This document shows, one piece after another, positions 12,179-24,901 of a stretch of DNA of 64,000 bases (within the stretch, counting starts at the first letter, position 1; the number at the start of each line of letters is the position of its first letter). Origin of the DNA: Macrostomum lignano (Eukaryota); the NCBI GenBank assembly GCA_002269645.1, contig NIVC01001573.1:156681-220680 (forward strand). Direction: 5' to 3'. The notes beneath the pieces were generated by a model. The model was not told the origin of the DNA. It was given only the letters and a program-made list of their open reading frames with translations, and ran no database searches. The position numbers and the translations under genes were made by a program.

Positions 12179-13154
12179 TCAAAGCAGCTCAAGCATGAGT
12201 CGGGTGCTCTTCAGCGCGATGTACTGCCCGTCAGTGGCGCCCTTCCACATCATGGCCTTCGTGTTGCTCACATTGGATGGGTAGTAGATCGCGTTCGGGT
12301 TCGAGTTGCAGCAGCCTTTGAACCACCAGCCGCCGTTGCCGAAGTAGTTGGAGCAGGACAGGCTAAAGACGTCGTTGTCGCGGTCCATGGTGGAGAACTT
12401 CATGCCCTTGTGAGCGGTGAGCGAGTCGCTACTCGTGTTGGAGCTGCCACTCAGGTAAGAGTCGAAGTTCATGGTGTAGTTGGTGCTGGCATCGCCCACA
12501 GTGAACCCGGAGTACTCAGCGACGAAGAGGACATCCGACCAGGTGACGGCCTCGACTCTCAGCAGCTTCGGGCTGCTGCCAGTGAGCTGGTTGAGCTTGA
12601 TCAGGCCTGAAGCAGCAGGATAGACACCCAAAATAGTGTGGTATGTGTCGCCAGATAAAGAAAGAACTCCTGGTAACATACCCAGCCACAGATCTGTGCA
12701 GTCTTTGAAGCCGGTCTCGTACTCTGTCCACGGGCGAGCAAAGCTGAGCTCGCCTGCGAGTCGCCGTTGAAACACGACGAACCTTCTCGCTCCAACGAGT
12801 TCAACAGGCTCTGAAGCTGGTCGGTTGTGAATGCGCGCTGCTGGACTACAGATTTCCGCATATGATAGAGAGCATTGTGACCAAATCCAGGCGATAGGCT
12901 GTCTTATGTCTTACCCAACTCAGGCAGCCGCCTCCGATAGACGGGCTTCCCGGGAGCAGCGGCGGAGAAGTCGGCGCCCCAGATCGCGGACAGCTGGCAC
13001 AGCTCCGTCTCCGGTACGAAGGCGGAGGCCGCGCAGGCGCAGGACGGCTGTACGGCGCACTGGTTGGCGCAGTCGATGACGCTGTCACCAGGCGATGTTG
13101 TCACAGCGGCTTGCATCACGGGAGCGTCTGGCCGGCTGGAAAACTTGACAACAA
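12179..13154 (-). CDS. Second PAN/Apple + FReD paralog. Exons 13154-12915, 12810-12682, 12606-12179; signal-peptide exon not confidently located
   Basis: Same exon layout and phases as the 10115 gene; FQRRLAGELSFARPWTEYETGF, FSTMDRDND, GGWWFKGC. Confidence 0.82.
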
Positions 13155-15141
13155 CTGTGGAGGATTCGGATTTTTCAAATGGTATATCAGTTCATGATGC
13201 ATGTAGTTGCAAATTAACAGCGAGTGGCAAATTAAAAAATAGCTATGTGTCATACTCTATTTTTAGCAATACCAGTAATATCACGCAAACAGCGAGTGAC
13301 TATGCTATTGTTCGAAAAAAACCGGTTTTCGACATCTATTTTTAAAACTTCCAAATATGGTAAATGTTAACCTGAATGTGACCCAAGTCTCACCCTTTTC
13401 TATTCAAAAACCCCACCTGTCAAATAATAAAATTCCATTCGTGAACTCATAAAAAAACGGTTTTGAGCTCAAGGTCGACTCAAGGCCGACAAATTGTGTA
13501 TAAAATACAAACACAAAATCCGAGCTCAAATCTCAGACTCGGAGCAGCCTCCAAAGATCTTGGGCTTTGCTAGAGCAGCCAAACGAGGCTATATCTCTGA
13601 GGAAGAGATAAACACCAATTGGTAAGCTTTGTTCAAGTCTTCGTTATTTTGATTATTGAGAGCGATTGTTATTGCCGGCCGTTACTGTTCAGTTGGTTTT
13701 ATTGAGACTTTTGAGTCTGAGGCCTCCCTTTTTCTAACGGATTGGATAGGATCTGCGGACCGATTCCGATACCCTTAGAGGATCATCGAGTTATTGATTT
13801 TGGATTATCCTAGATTAACCGATAGGAGCACACGACTCCGATTTCGTTAGTTCTAGAAGAAGACGCCCTTTCTGGAGGACCTCGTATTGTTATTGAAGTT
13901 GATTTTGTTATTAGGGCGCATCGTTGACATTGATTTCTGCACTCGAGGAATTCTGCGACGTCGATTTTATTGTTACGCTCTCGCTTTCGGCCGATTCTAG
14001 ACTTCAGGAAGACTACCCCGGGAGGAACAGCTCTACGGAGATGAGCTCTACAGACACGCGCGACAAAGAGGAGCCCGCCACAGTAAGTGATCACTGATTT
14101 TGTTCCCAGGCTCAAGTGTCTGGAAGTGGGAGTTTTCGGGTGACTGATCACCACCCGACCAAACTCTTCATAGTCTTTCAATGGCGCGTGTTTAGCGGCG
14201 ATTAACTCTTACCAGATGCCTGTATTTCGGCTACATTGCCGCACATTGCTGCCGTACAGACGATTATGAACACATGTAGATCTAGGCAGTTTATTGTTAC
14301 GAGTAACTTTGGCGCTTGGTTGTTCTTCAATAAGAAGAATTTAGATAGAGTTTTCCAGCGCCTTAAAATCATAGCCAGTGTTTGAGATACCGGCTTTATA
14401 TGCAATCGTTTTGTTTCTGCTGTCGTCAGAAACAGCTCTCGAGGATTTTTTTGCTGACAATGCGCTCTTGAAACGGTTTTAGAAGATTTAAAAAATACGA
14501 TTAAATCATTGAATGCTTAAATTTGTAACCCACCCCAGGCGTTACTAGCCTAACAAACAATCCCAAAAGCTAGTCGAAAGTTGAATCTGGCAATCCAACT
14601 TCCTTTCAAAAATTTTGCAAAAAACTAGCTTTGAATTTCCGTATGTTGCCAACGGCTCAAATGATTTGAAAAGAAACTTTTTTTAGAGTGAAGCAGCCGC
14701 CTCAGTGGCGCCTGAGAGTCGAAACGGAAGCTAGCACTCTTTGCAAAGACGGCCCCCGAGTAAAAAAGTCAGTTGCGGTGGGGAGTCTAAAGCACTTGAA
14801 TCTAGCGGAATTTTTTGCAAACCTCAACATTTAAAGTTATTGAAAGTTCAGAGTCTCCCTCTGGCGGTCCGGTGGGGTCTCGGTCTGCAGGACCGCCCTC
14901 ACATAACGAAAGGCAGTCCAGTCCACGCCAGCCCACGGCAACGCCACAAAAAATTTGAAACTGATGGTTATGAGCAGACAAAATCAACAGCTACAAATAG
15001 GATTATGTTCTGGGATTATGTAATAAAGATAACCGACAGAAGTGTCGTCTCTGTCTTACTGTTTAAATTTGTCTATTTCAGTTTCCGTTCTTTTGGTTCA
15101 ATGGTAGCGATATGTCTATCATGAGAACAACACCGCAGAGT

Positions 15142-18100
15142 TCATGACTGGTCCATGTGCATGTAGCTCAGCCTGCGGGGCACAAACACCACAGCAAACG
15201 TGGCAATCAGGCCCAGGTAGATACAGAAAAACAGCCGGTCCATAGTGCGCAGCAGGTCGCGCCAGTCAGCAGCCACAGCGTCGACGGTGTCCTCGCGACA
15301 TCCGCGTCGCAAGAGTCGCCGAATGCTGCGCGCCACCCGGCGCAGATCCTTCTCCATGCGACTGGCTGGGAACTCGCTAGCTGCGCGAGTGCCGTCCTTG
15401 ACACCGCCGCAGTTTTCAGTGTCGCTAGCCGATTCGGATGACTCGGAGGGCGTCGGGGTTGGCGACGGCGTCGGAGGTGGCGGCGGCGGCAGCAGTATCA
15501 CCGAGTGCCGACTTCGGACTTGCAGCAGGCAGCCGATTGAGTCCAGCATGACCTTCGGGACGAACAAGAAGTGTCTAGTGTCAGAAGTTTTGTGTTTTGA
15601 GAAATTCACTTAAAATTCTTTCCTTGCTACTCTTTAGTAGACGATCTCGTATATGAGTACAGGGTGTGTTTCTGTTTGCGAGTGAGTGCACTGGTGTCAG
15701 TGGAATGAGCCTGGATAAGGCTGGAAGGCTGGAAGCTATCCAAGCTCCCTGCCAAACTGACTGACTAATCAAATTAACAAGCAGTGCTACGCTCGTACTA
15801 CCGTAAGTAGCATACAGCAGCCTACTTTTTTAAGCATCGGATGCATCGGCTGCCTTGAGTCGCCGTTGTTAAAGTGCAGATTGACAATTATGCTGACCAG
15901 AAAAGTCGATACCGTTATCATCACCATGTTGACGCAGTAATAGCAGCCTGAAAGCGTAAGAAAATGATAGACAGTGTGATACATGTAATGCAGAGCCAGT
16001 TCAGATGGACTATAAGAGTGATAGCTTTTTTAGATGCTCTCAAAATTCCCAAACCGAAACTTGCTCACCAATCAGCGGGAAAGCCTCGACAGCGCTGGGG
16101 ATGAGCTCTGCCAGCAGCAGCAGCAGAATGAAGAAAGCGACAAAGATGCTCATGCCTGGATTAGAGTTATTAATGGAGCTGGACTAATGGACTAGCTCTG
16201 TTATATACATACCGGTACATGTAGTGTCAAGTAGGGCAACTTAAAAAAACGTCAAATGCACGTTTGGACACTGTCTGAACTGACTGATTCAATTAAATGT
16301 TAAACAGTTAACACTCCAGTGAAATTCTCGTCGCATTTTAAGCATCGAACGGGAGCTTATATTTCCGGCTAGCACGGAAAGTGATTTCTATGGTAATCTT
16401 AACTTCGATCTCATCATAGTCTCTCGCAAACTCTCGGAGCACAATCAGTCCCAGCACTTCGCTTACCAAGCAGCATCTTGGCGGGCGCCTCAGGCGGCAG
16501 GCAAAAGACCACCAAGGTGAGGCAGGATAGCAGGATGCACGGCACCACAAGGATGGCTACGTAGAATGACGGATTCCGCATCATGCGAATCCGGTAGTCC
16601 AGCAGGCGGTACCGCCTGATCACGGGATTGCCTTCGGCGTCGTGTCCGCTCTCGTTGCGGTAGCGGACCCAGCTGCGGATCTGCAAGACCCGCTGGTCTG
16701 GATCGGCTATGCCCGCCTGGAATTTCAGAAGATTGGCGCGCGGTACTCGCTACTTACAGAGTAAACATGCGAGATTAAAAACTGGTGGAACATGGTGGGA
16801 TCCATTCAATGATCTGATGAGGATGCAGTCTTGACCCATTCACTGATCTGATGAGGATGCAGTCTTGATCCATTCACTGATCTGATGAGGATGCAGTCTT
16901 GACCCATTCACTGATCTGGTGAGGATGCAGTCTTGACCCATTCAATGATCTGATGAGGATGCAGTCTTGACCCATTCAATGATCTGATGAGGATGCAGTC
17001 TTGACCCATTCAATGATCTGATGAGGATGCAGTCTTGATCCATTCACTGATCTGATGAGGATGCAGTCTTGACCCATTCACTGATCTGGTGAGGATGCAG
17101 TCTTGACCCATTCAATGATCTGATGAGGATGCAGTCTTGACCCATTCAATGATCTGGTGAGGATGCAGTCTTGATCCATTCACTGATCTGATGAGGATGC
17201 AGTCTTGACCCATTCAATGATCTGATGAGGATGCAGTCTTGATCCATTCACTGATCTGATGAGGATGCAGTCTTGACCCATTCAATGATCTGATGAGGAT
17301 GCAGTCTTGACCCATTCAATGATCTGATGAGGATGCAGTCTTGACCCATTCAATGATCTGATGAGGATGCAGTCTTGACCCATTCAATGATCTGATGAGG
17401 ATGCAGTCTTGATCCATTCACTGATCTGATGAGGATGCAGTCTTGACCCATTCAATGATCTGATGAGGATGCAGTCTTGACCCATTCAATGATCTGATGA
17501 GGATGCAGTCTTGATCCATTCACTGATCTGATGAGGATGCAGTCTTGAACAATTCACTGATCTGATGAGGATGCAGTCTTGATCCATTCACTGATCTGAT
17601 GAGGATGCAGTCTTGATCCATTCACTGATCTGATGAGGATGCAGTCTTGACCCATTCAATGATCTGATGAGGATGCAGTCTTGACCCATTCAATGATCTG
17701 ATGAGGATGCAGTCTTGATCCATTCACTGATCTGATGAGGATGCAGTCTTGATCCATTCACTGATCTGATGAGGATGCAGTCTTGACCCATTCAATGATC
17801 TGATGAGGATGCAGTCTTGATCCATTCACTGATCTGATGAGGATGCAGTCTTGACCAATTCACTGATCTGATGAGGATGCAGTCTTGATCCATTCACTGA
17901 TCTGATGAGGATGCAGTCTTGATCCATTCACTGATCTGATGAGGATGCAGTCTTGACCCATTCAATGATCTGATGAGGATGCAGTCTTGATCCATTCACT
18001 GATCTGATGAGGATGCAGTCTTGATCCATTCACTGATCTGATGAGGATGCAGTCTTGACCAATTCACTGATCTGATGAGGATGCAGTCTTGATCCATTCA

Positions 18101-21100
18101 ATGATCTGATGAGGATGCAGTCTTGATCCATTCACTGATCTGATGAGGATGCAGTCTTGATCCATTCACTGATCTGATGAGGATGCAGTCTTGACCAATT
18201 CACTGATCTGATGAGGATGCAGTCTTGACCAATTCACTGATCTGATGAGGATGCAGTCTTGATCCATTCACTGATCTGATGAGGATGCAGTCTTGACCCA
18301 TTCAATGATCTGATGAGGATGCAGTCTTGACCCATTCAATGATCTGATGAGGTTGCAGTCTTGACCCATTCACTGATCTGATGAGGATGCAGTCTTGACC
18401 CATTCAATGATCTGATGAGGATGCAGTCTTGACCCATTCAATGATCTGATGAGGATGCAGTCTTGACCCATTCAATGATCTGATGAGGATGCAGTCTTGA
18501 CCCATTCAATGATCTGATGAGGATGCAGTCTTGACCCATTCAATGATCTGATGAGGATGCAGTCTTGACCCATTCAATGATCTGATGAGGATGCAGTCTT
18601 GACCCATTCAATGATCTGATGAGGATGCAGTCTTGACCCATTCAATGATCTGATGAGGATGCAGTCTTGACCCATTCACTGATCTGATGAGGATGCAGTC
18701 TTGACCCATTCAATGATCTGATGAGGATGCAGTCTTGACCCATTCAATGATCTGATGAGGATGCAGTCTTGACCCATTCAATGATCTGATGAGGATGCAG
18801 TCTTGACCCATTCAATGATCTGATGAGGATGCAGTCTTGACCCATTCAATGATCTGATGAGGATGCAGTCTTGACCCATTTACTGATCTGATGAGGATGC
18901 AGTCTTGACCCATTCAATGATCTGATGAGGATGCAGTCTTGACCCATTCAATGATCTGATGAGGATGCAGTCTTGACCCATTCACTGATCTGATGAGGAT
19001 GCAGTCTTGACCCATTCAATGATCTGATGAGGATGCAGTCTTGACCCATTCAATGATCTGATGAGGATGCAGTCTTGACCCATTCAATGATCTGATGAGG
19101 ATGCAGTCTTGACCCATTCAATGATCTGATGAGGATGCAGTCTTGACCCATTCAATGATCTGATGAGGATGCAGTCTTGACCCATTCAATGATCTGATGA
19201 GGATGCAGTCTTGACCCATTCAATGATCTGATGAGGATGCAGTCTTGACCCATTCAATGATCTGATGAGGATGCAGTCTTGACCCATTCAATGATCTGAT
19301 GAGGATGCAGTCTTGACCCATTCAATGATCTGATGAGGATGCAGTCTTGACCAGTTCACTGATCTGATGAGGATGCAGTCTTGACCAGTTCACTGATCTG
19401 ATGAGGATGCAGTCTTGACCAGTTCACTGATCTGATGAGGATGCAGTCTTGACCAGTTCACTGATCTGATGAGGATGCAGTCTTGACCAGTTCACTGATC
19501 TGATGAGGATGCAGTCTTGACCCATTCAATGATCTGATGAGGATGCAGTCTTGACCCATTCAATGATCTGATGAGGATGCAGTCTTGACCCATTCAATGA
19601 TCTGATGAGGATGCAGTCTTGACCAGTTCACTGATCTGATGAGGATGCAGTCTTGACCAGTTCACTGATCTGATGAGGATGCAGTCTTGACCAGTTCACT
19701 GATCTGATGAGGATGCAGTCTTGACCAGTTCACTGATCTGATGAGGATGCAGTCTTGACCAGTTCACTGATCTGATGAGGATGCAGTCTTGACCCATTCA
19801 ATGATCTGATGAGGATGCAGTCTTGACCCATTCAATGATCTGATGAGGATGCAGTCTTGACCCATTCAATGATCTGATGAGGATGCAGTCTTGACCAGTT
19901 CACTGATCTGATGAGGATGCAGTCTTGACCAGTTCACTGATCTGATGAGGATGCAGTCTTGACCAGTTCACTGATCTGATGAGGATGCAGTCTTGACCCA
20001 TTCACTGATCTGATGAGGTCAAGACTGCTGAGTGCATCCTCAGCAGTCTAGAATGTTGTTGAAGAAAAACAAAAATAATTTCTCGAAACTATCGCTAGAG
20101 CGTTGGTGGGAAGTTCCGCACCGAAGGAAAATCCTCTGTGGCCATGCAAGAGGGATGTGTAGCGAAATTCTAAAAGTAAGATAAGTTAACCGATGATAAC
20201 CTCCAGCTCTCCGTCAGTGGCCCACTCGTTGCTGACTACATAGTCGCTAAAGTCGACAAACGGCAGCGGTTTTCGAGTCGTCGTAACATCATCATCGGCT
20301 CCAGTAGAGTCGCTTTCGCTTGCATTGCCATCTGAGGCCGAGGACGGCACTCTGACCAGAGCCCAGTCGAGTCGGAGGTGTCGCTCGTCGTATGTCCAGG
20401 AGCCGAACCGCATTCGACAGATCTGGAAAGGTTTTTACTACTGAATGTGTTGAACACCTGAGATCACTTACAGCTTTTTGTACGCGCAGTAAAACTTAAG
20501 TATCTCGGTTTTAGTCATGGGATATCTATGGTTTCTCCCTGGTTATGAGATATCTAGGGCTCCTGCTGGTCATGAGATATCTAGGGTTCCTCCATGGTCA
20601 TGAGATATCTAGGGTTCCTCCCTGGTCATGAGATATCTAGGGTTCCTCCCTGGTCATGAGGTATCTAGGGTTCCTCCCTGGTCATGAGATATCTATGGTT
20701 CCTCTCTGGTCATGAGATATCTAGGATTCCTCTCTGGTCATGAGATATCTAGGGTTCCTCCCTGGTCATGAGCTATCTAGGGTTCCTCCCTGGTTATGAG
20801 ATATCTAGGGTTCCTCTCTGGTTATGAGATATCTAGGGTTCCTCCATGGTCATGAGATATCTAGGGTTCCTCCATGGTCATGAGATATCTAGGGTTCCTC
20901 CCTGATCATGAGATATCTATGGTTCCTCTCTGGTCATGAGATATCTAGGGTTCCTCCATGGTCATGAGATATCTAGGGTTCCTCCATGGTCATGAGGTAT
21001 CTAGGGTTCCTCCATGGTCATGAGATATCTAGGGTTCCTCTCTGGTCATGAGATATCTAGGGTTCCTCGCTGGTCATGAGATATCTAGGGTTCCTCCCTG

Positions 21101-23896
21101 GTCATGAGATATCTAGGGTTCCTCCCTGGTCATGAGACATCTATGGTTCCTCTCTGGTCATGAGATATCTAGGGTTCCTCCATGGTCATGAGATATCTAG
21201 GGTTTCTCCATGGTCATGAGATATCTAGGGTTCCTCCCTGGTCATGAGATATCTATGGTTCCTCTCTGGTCATGAGATATCTAGGGTTCCTCCCTGGTCA
21301 TGAGCTATCTAGGGTTCCTACCTGGTTATGAGATATCTAGGGTTCCTCTCTGGTTATGAGATATCTAGGGTTCCTCCATGGTCATGAGATATCTAGGGTT
21401 CCTCCATGGTCATGAGATATCTAGGGTTCCTCCATGGTCATGAGATATCTAGGGTTCCTCCCTGGTCATGAGATATCTATGGTTCCTCTCTGGTCATGAG
21501 ATATCTAGGGTTCCTCCCTGGTCATGAGCTATCTAGGGTTCCTACCTGGTTATGAGATATCTAGGGTTCCTCTCTGGTTATGAGATATCTAGGGTTCCTC
21601 CATGGTCATGAGATATCTAGGGTTCCTCCATGGTCATGAGATATCTAGGGTTCCTCCCTGGTCATGAGGAGATATCTAGGTTTCCTCCCTGGTCATGAGA
21701 AATCTAGGGATCGGCTTTGATTGGTGTTTTTCTGAAAGTGCACAACATCAAATCAGGAGCAAGCACTGGACGCTCACTACGCCCTGGGCGGCCGGAAAAG
21801 CTATCGACTAAAGTTCTTGATCATCTGAAAACATCGCCAGATGCGTAACTCAGCCTCCAGACCGCCGTGACTTGCCCCTTTCGTCTTTTCCGGTAACGCG
21901 TTCGCGCTGGAGCAAACCATGTTTTGCTTTGATAGCAGTCAGCTCGTCTGCACCAAAGTCGTCTGTAAGAACACCTCAAGAAATACTTCACAGAGGGATT
22001 TACGAGTCTCTAAATACTAATCGATATCGATTCATTATGCAAGGCTGAACCCAAAAGACCTGCTGGGACTTCAAGTTCTGCAAGCACCGCATGGAGCATC
22101 AACCACATCAGAAAAAAGGAGTAAACGGTCGTCGCTCACCTGAGTGTCAAACGGAAACATTCGAATTTGCACCTTGCAGGTGGTCTTTAGCAGGGCCTGC
22201 GGTATCCAGAGAACGTGCCCGTTGCGGTTCACAACTATGCGGGCCTCGCGACGCTCAAAAATTCGTTCGTCGGCGCTGTGAACAGGTGGGAGTTTTTGAT
22301 ATGGAAGGATGAGCAGCATATTTGTGAAATATGTTCTGCAAGAGGCCTGGCTCACAAATTGTACAGCTTAACATCGGGCGTCCACACTTTCGATGGCGGC
22401 AGTCGGATCTGCTTGACCTGCTGGAACTCCGGCTGTGTCCAGTTCTTCCAGGACAGAAGCCGGTCGTGCCAGCTCTGCGGGCGAGATGCCATTCTCTAAT
22501 CACGAGTGTATCTTGCTTTTAGGGTTGCTAGGTACCTGTTTACGATCGTACATGTATTACTGAAGAAGTTTTCATTATTTCGTTATGCTTACGAAATGTA
22601 TTGATGTAATGCCTGGGGTCGGCAAACTCTGGCATCTCTAACCGGCTCTCGGGTCTTTTGAAACTTCTTATTAGCAATCCGGACCGCTCAAGGTTTGCGT
22701 CTCTTCTCAGCTCTTTTTCCTCCTCTCCCCTCTCCTCTTTCCCTTCTCTCCCCTCACCCTTTTCTCCCTTTCTTCTTTCCCTTCTCTTCCCTCTTCTCTC
22801 TCTCCCCTGTCCTCTACTCGCAAAAATGCAAGTTTTAGTCCCCTTCTGCTTGAGTTGTCCCTGAGCCTAAACGATCCAAATCAGTGGTGAGGTGGAAGGC
22901 CTTTAGTTTAATAGATGTGATGGCAGCGAAGTTTTGTGCTGCTTTGCGCATATATTTATATTTACAAGACTGAAGGGGCGTAGGGAGGTGCGAAAAGGTG
23001 GCGTGGCGTGATAGGCTGCGCCAACCCCCCCCCCGGCTTAGCGAGCTGGCTAGCTTGGTGCACACCCACCCCACCTCAGCTAGACAGAGGTTGGGGGGTT
23101 TCCAGTGCGGCTGTGCACTGGTGCTTGCCGGTCGCGTACAGTCGGGCCGCCACAAGTGGCTATTTTTCTTGCAGGTTAAGAAAAGCAGTTAAATGAAACG
23201 GCGCTTTTGCCGCCAAGCTCACAAATCTCAGCCAGCAGTTGGTGCGCAGCATCTGCTGGTTCTCCTGCAGGTCGAGGATCTGGATAAGCGCCAGGCCCAG
23301 ACGCACCGAGACAACTTCGCTGTTGTTCTCGACTGGGCGGCCCAGAATGCCGAGACTGCGATAGCGGCGAAGGATTTCCGTTATTAGCCGCTTCTCCACG
23401 GCCGATTGAGCTTCGAGCGCTGCGGCCAGTGAGGAAGTCAGAACGGCGACTACTGCTCGAGAATGATAGGGCATAGCGGAGGGTGATAGGGCATAGCGGA
23501 GGGTGATAGGGCATAGCGGAGGGTGAGAGGGCATAGCGGAGGGTGAGAGGGCATAGCGGAGGGTGAGAGGGCATAGCGGAGGGTGATAGGGCATAGCGGA
23601 GGGTGCTAGGGCATAGCGGAGGGTGATAGGGCATAGCGGAGGGTGAGAGGGCATAGCGGAGGGTGAGAAGGCATAACGGAGGGTGAGGGAGAATAGCAGA
23701 GAGTGAGAGAGCATAGAGGAGGGTGAGAGGGTATAAGGGGGGGGCGAGGCAGAAAGTATGGCTAAGGAGGCGACGCAGAGGGCGTAGCGGAGGGCGAGGC
23801 AGAGGGCAAAGCTCTTGTAAATTAAACCTACAAGTCGTATCAAAATTTGCAAAAATTTTTAACCGCCCACTTACGCAACAGTGCCGCGCGAGTCAT
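15142..23896 (-). CDS. Nicotinic-type Cys-loop ligand-gated ion channel subunit, non-alpha, predicted anion-selective (~533 aa). Exons 23896-23875, 23455-23223, 22474-22356, 22275-22140, 20422-20201, 16716-16467, 16155-16069, 15947-15826, 15552-15142
   Basis: Signal peptide MTRAALLPVVAVLTSSLAAA; WTPDVKLYN; Cys-loop CKVQIRMFPFDTQIC; loop B FGSWTYD; M1 RNPSFYVAILVVPCILLS; PPEAPAKMLLG; M4 MDRLFFCIY. The nine exons sum to 1602 nt in frame. Confidence 0.93.
16801..20017. repeat. Intronic minisatellite, ~95 copies of 34 bp (CATTCAATGATCTGATGAGGATGCAGTCTTGACC)
   Basis: Strict 34-bp periodicity with a few recurring variants. Confidence 0.98.
20519..21705. repeat. Intronic minisatellite, 28-bp unit (GGTCATGAGATATCTAGGGTTCCTCCCT)
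   Basis: Direct periodicity. Confidence 0.95.
23463..23730. repeat. Intronic minisatellite, 20-bp unit (GGGCATAGCGGAGGGTGAGA)
   Basis: Direct periodicity inside intron 1 of the channel gene. Confidence 0.92.
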
Positions 23897-24715
23897 GCTG
23901 CTTTAGACTTTATGTCTCACGCTCGTAGAAAAATGGATATATCTAAACAGTTAGAGCTCTGTTATTGAATTCCTGCTTTCCCAATGTCCTGCTTCATCTG
24001 ACTTCCTAAACGATAAACTTATACACTCGTACATCGCATGTGTGGCAGTTGTTTCAGTTGCCCCACAGCAGCCGGAGGGCAGAGAGTATCTGCAGGATGC
24101 ACATTGTTATTAAAATTTACGATGCCCATCGGTGGGGCTGCAGGCTTGAACCAATCAGTTTCTGTTGGAATTAACGGCAAAAAAGTGAGGCTGGTCGGAA
24201 AATCCTGCGCTGCCAGCTTTTGGGCAGCTGAGAGGCTGAGCTCAGATGATGAGGGCGGGTGCCGGGAAACCGGGCCAGTCATGGAGGAGAGGGGAAGCAC
24301 TGATGCTGGTCGGGACAGAGCAACCGCAGGTGTCCAGGAATTCATGCAGTGTGCCCTGTATAGCTTTGATGGAGCTTGGCAGAAATAAGAAAGATAGAAA
24401 TCGGAAAGATAGAAGAGCGAACAAACAAAAAAGACTCAATAACAAACCATTTTGTGTAATTTGATCAACAACTCACGGCCAACTGATTAACATTAAAAAA
24501 ATTGAATGATGCTGTATTTCCGTCTCATTTGCTGGTAATACTCAGCCGCATCAAGGCTTGAAACTGGATTACAAAAATGAAAATTTTACATTGCTATCAA
24601 AGGAATCACCGACGAGAAAGCCTGAAATAAGCATACCGGTATTGAGCAGCAGAGAAGCAGGAATATTGCGCACAAATATTGTCAATATACATAAACTTCG
24701 CATGGGGTCTATCAC

Positions 24716-24901
24716 CTCTCATTGGCTGGCTACCCCTCTCCACCACTGATTGGCTGGCTATCCCCTCCGCACTCCTCATTGGCTGGCTACCCCCTCCCAC
24801 CCCTCATTGGCTGGCTACCCCCTCCCCACCCCTTTAGTGGTTGGCTACCCCCTCCCCATTCCTTCAGTGGCTGGCTACCCCCTCCCCACCCCTCATTGGC
24901 T
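24716..24901. repeat. 28-29-bp tandem repeat containing CCAAT and CACCC/GC-box-like motifs
   Basis: ATTGGCT at 24721, 24749, 24778, 24806 and 24895, alternating with C-rich runs. Confidence 0.8.

Noticed and set aside
13450-14520. Possible Penelope/GIY-YIG or LTR remnant
   Set aside because: Suggestive words (PFQERIV, LLIEEQPS) fall in different frames with stops; no YIG motif and no boundaries.
16801-20017. Tandem hammerhead ribozymes (each unit contains CTGATGA followed by a weak stem)
   Set aside because: The obligatory GAAA after stem II is absent (GACC/GATC instead) and stems I and III cannot be formed.
21740-21830. Tc1/mariner N-terminal fragment (RSLRPGRPEKLS)
   Set aside because: A single short motif without a DDE domain or TIRs.
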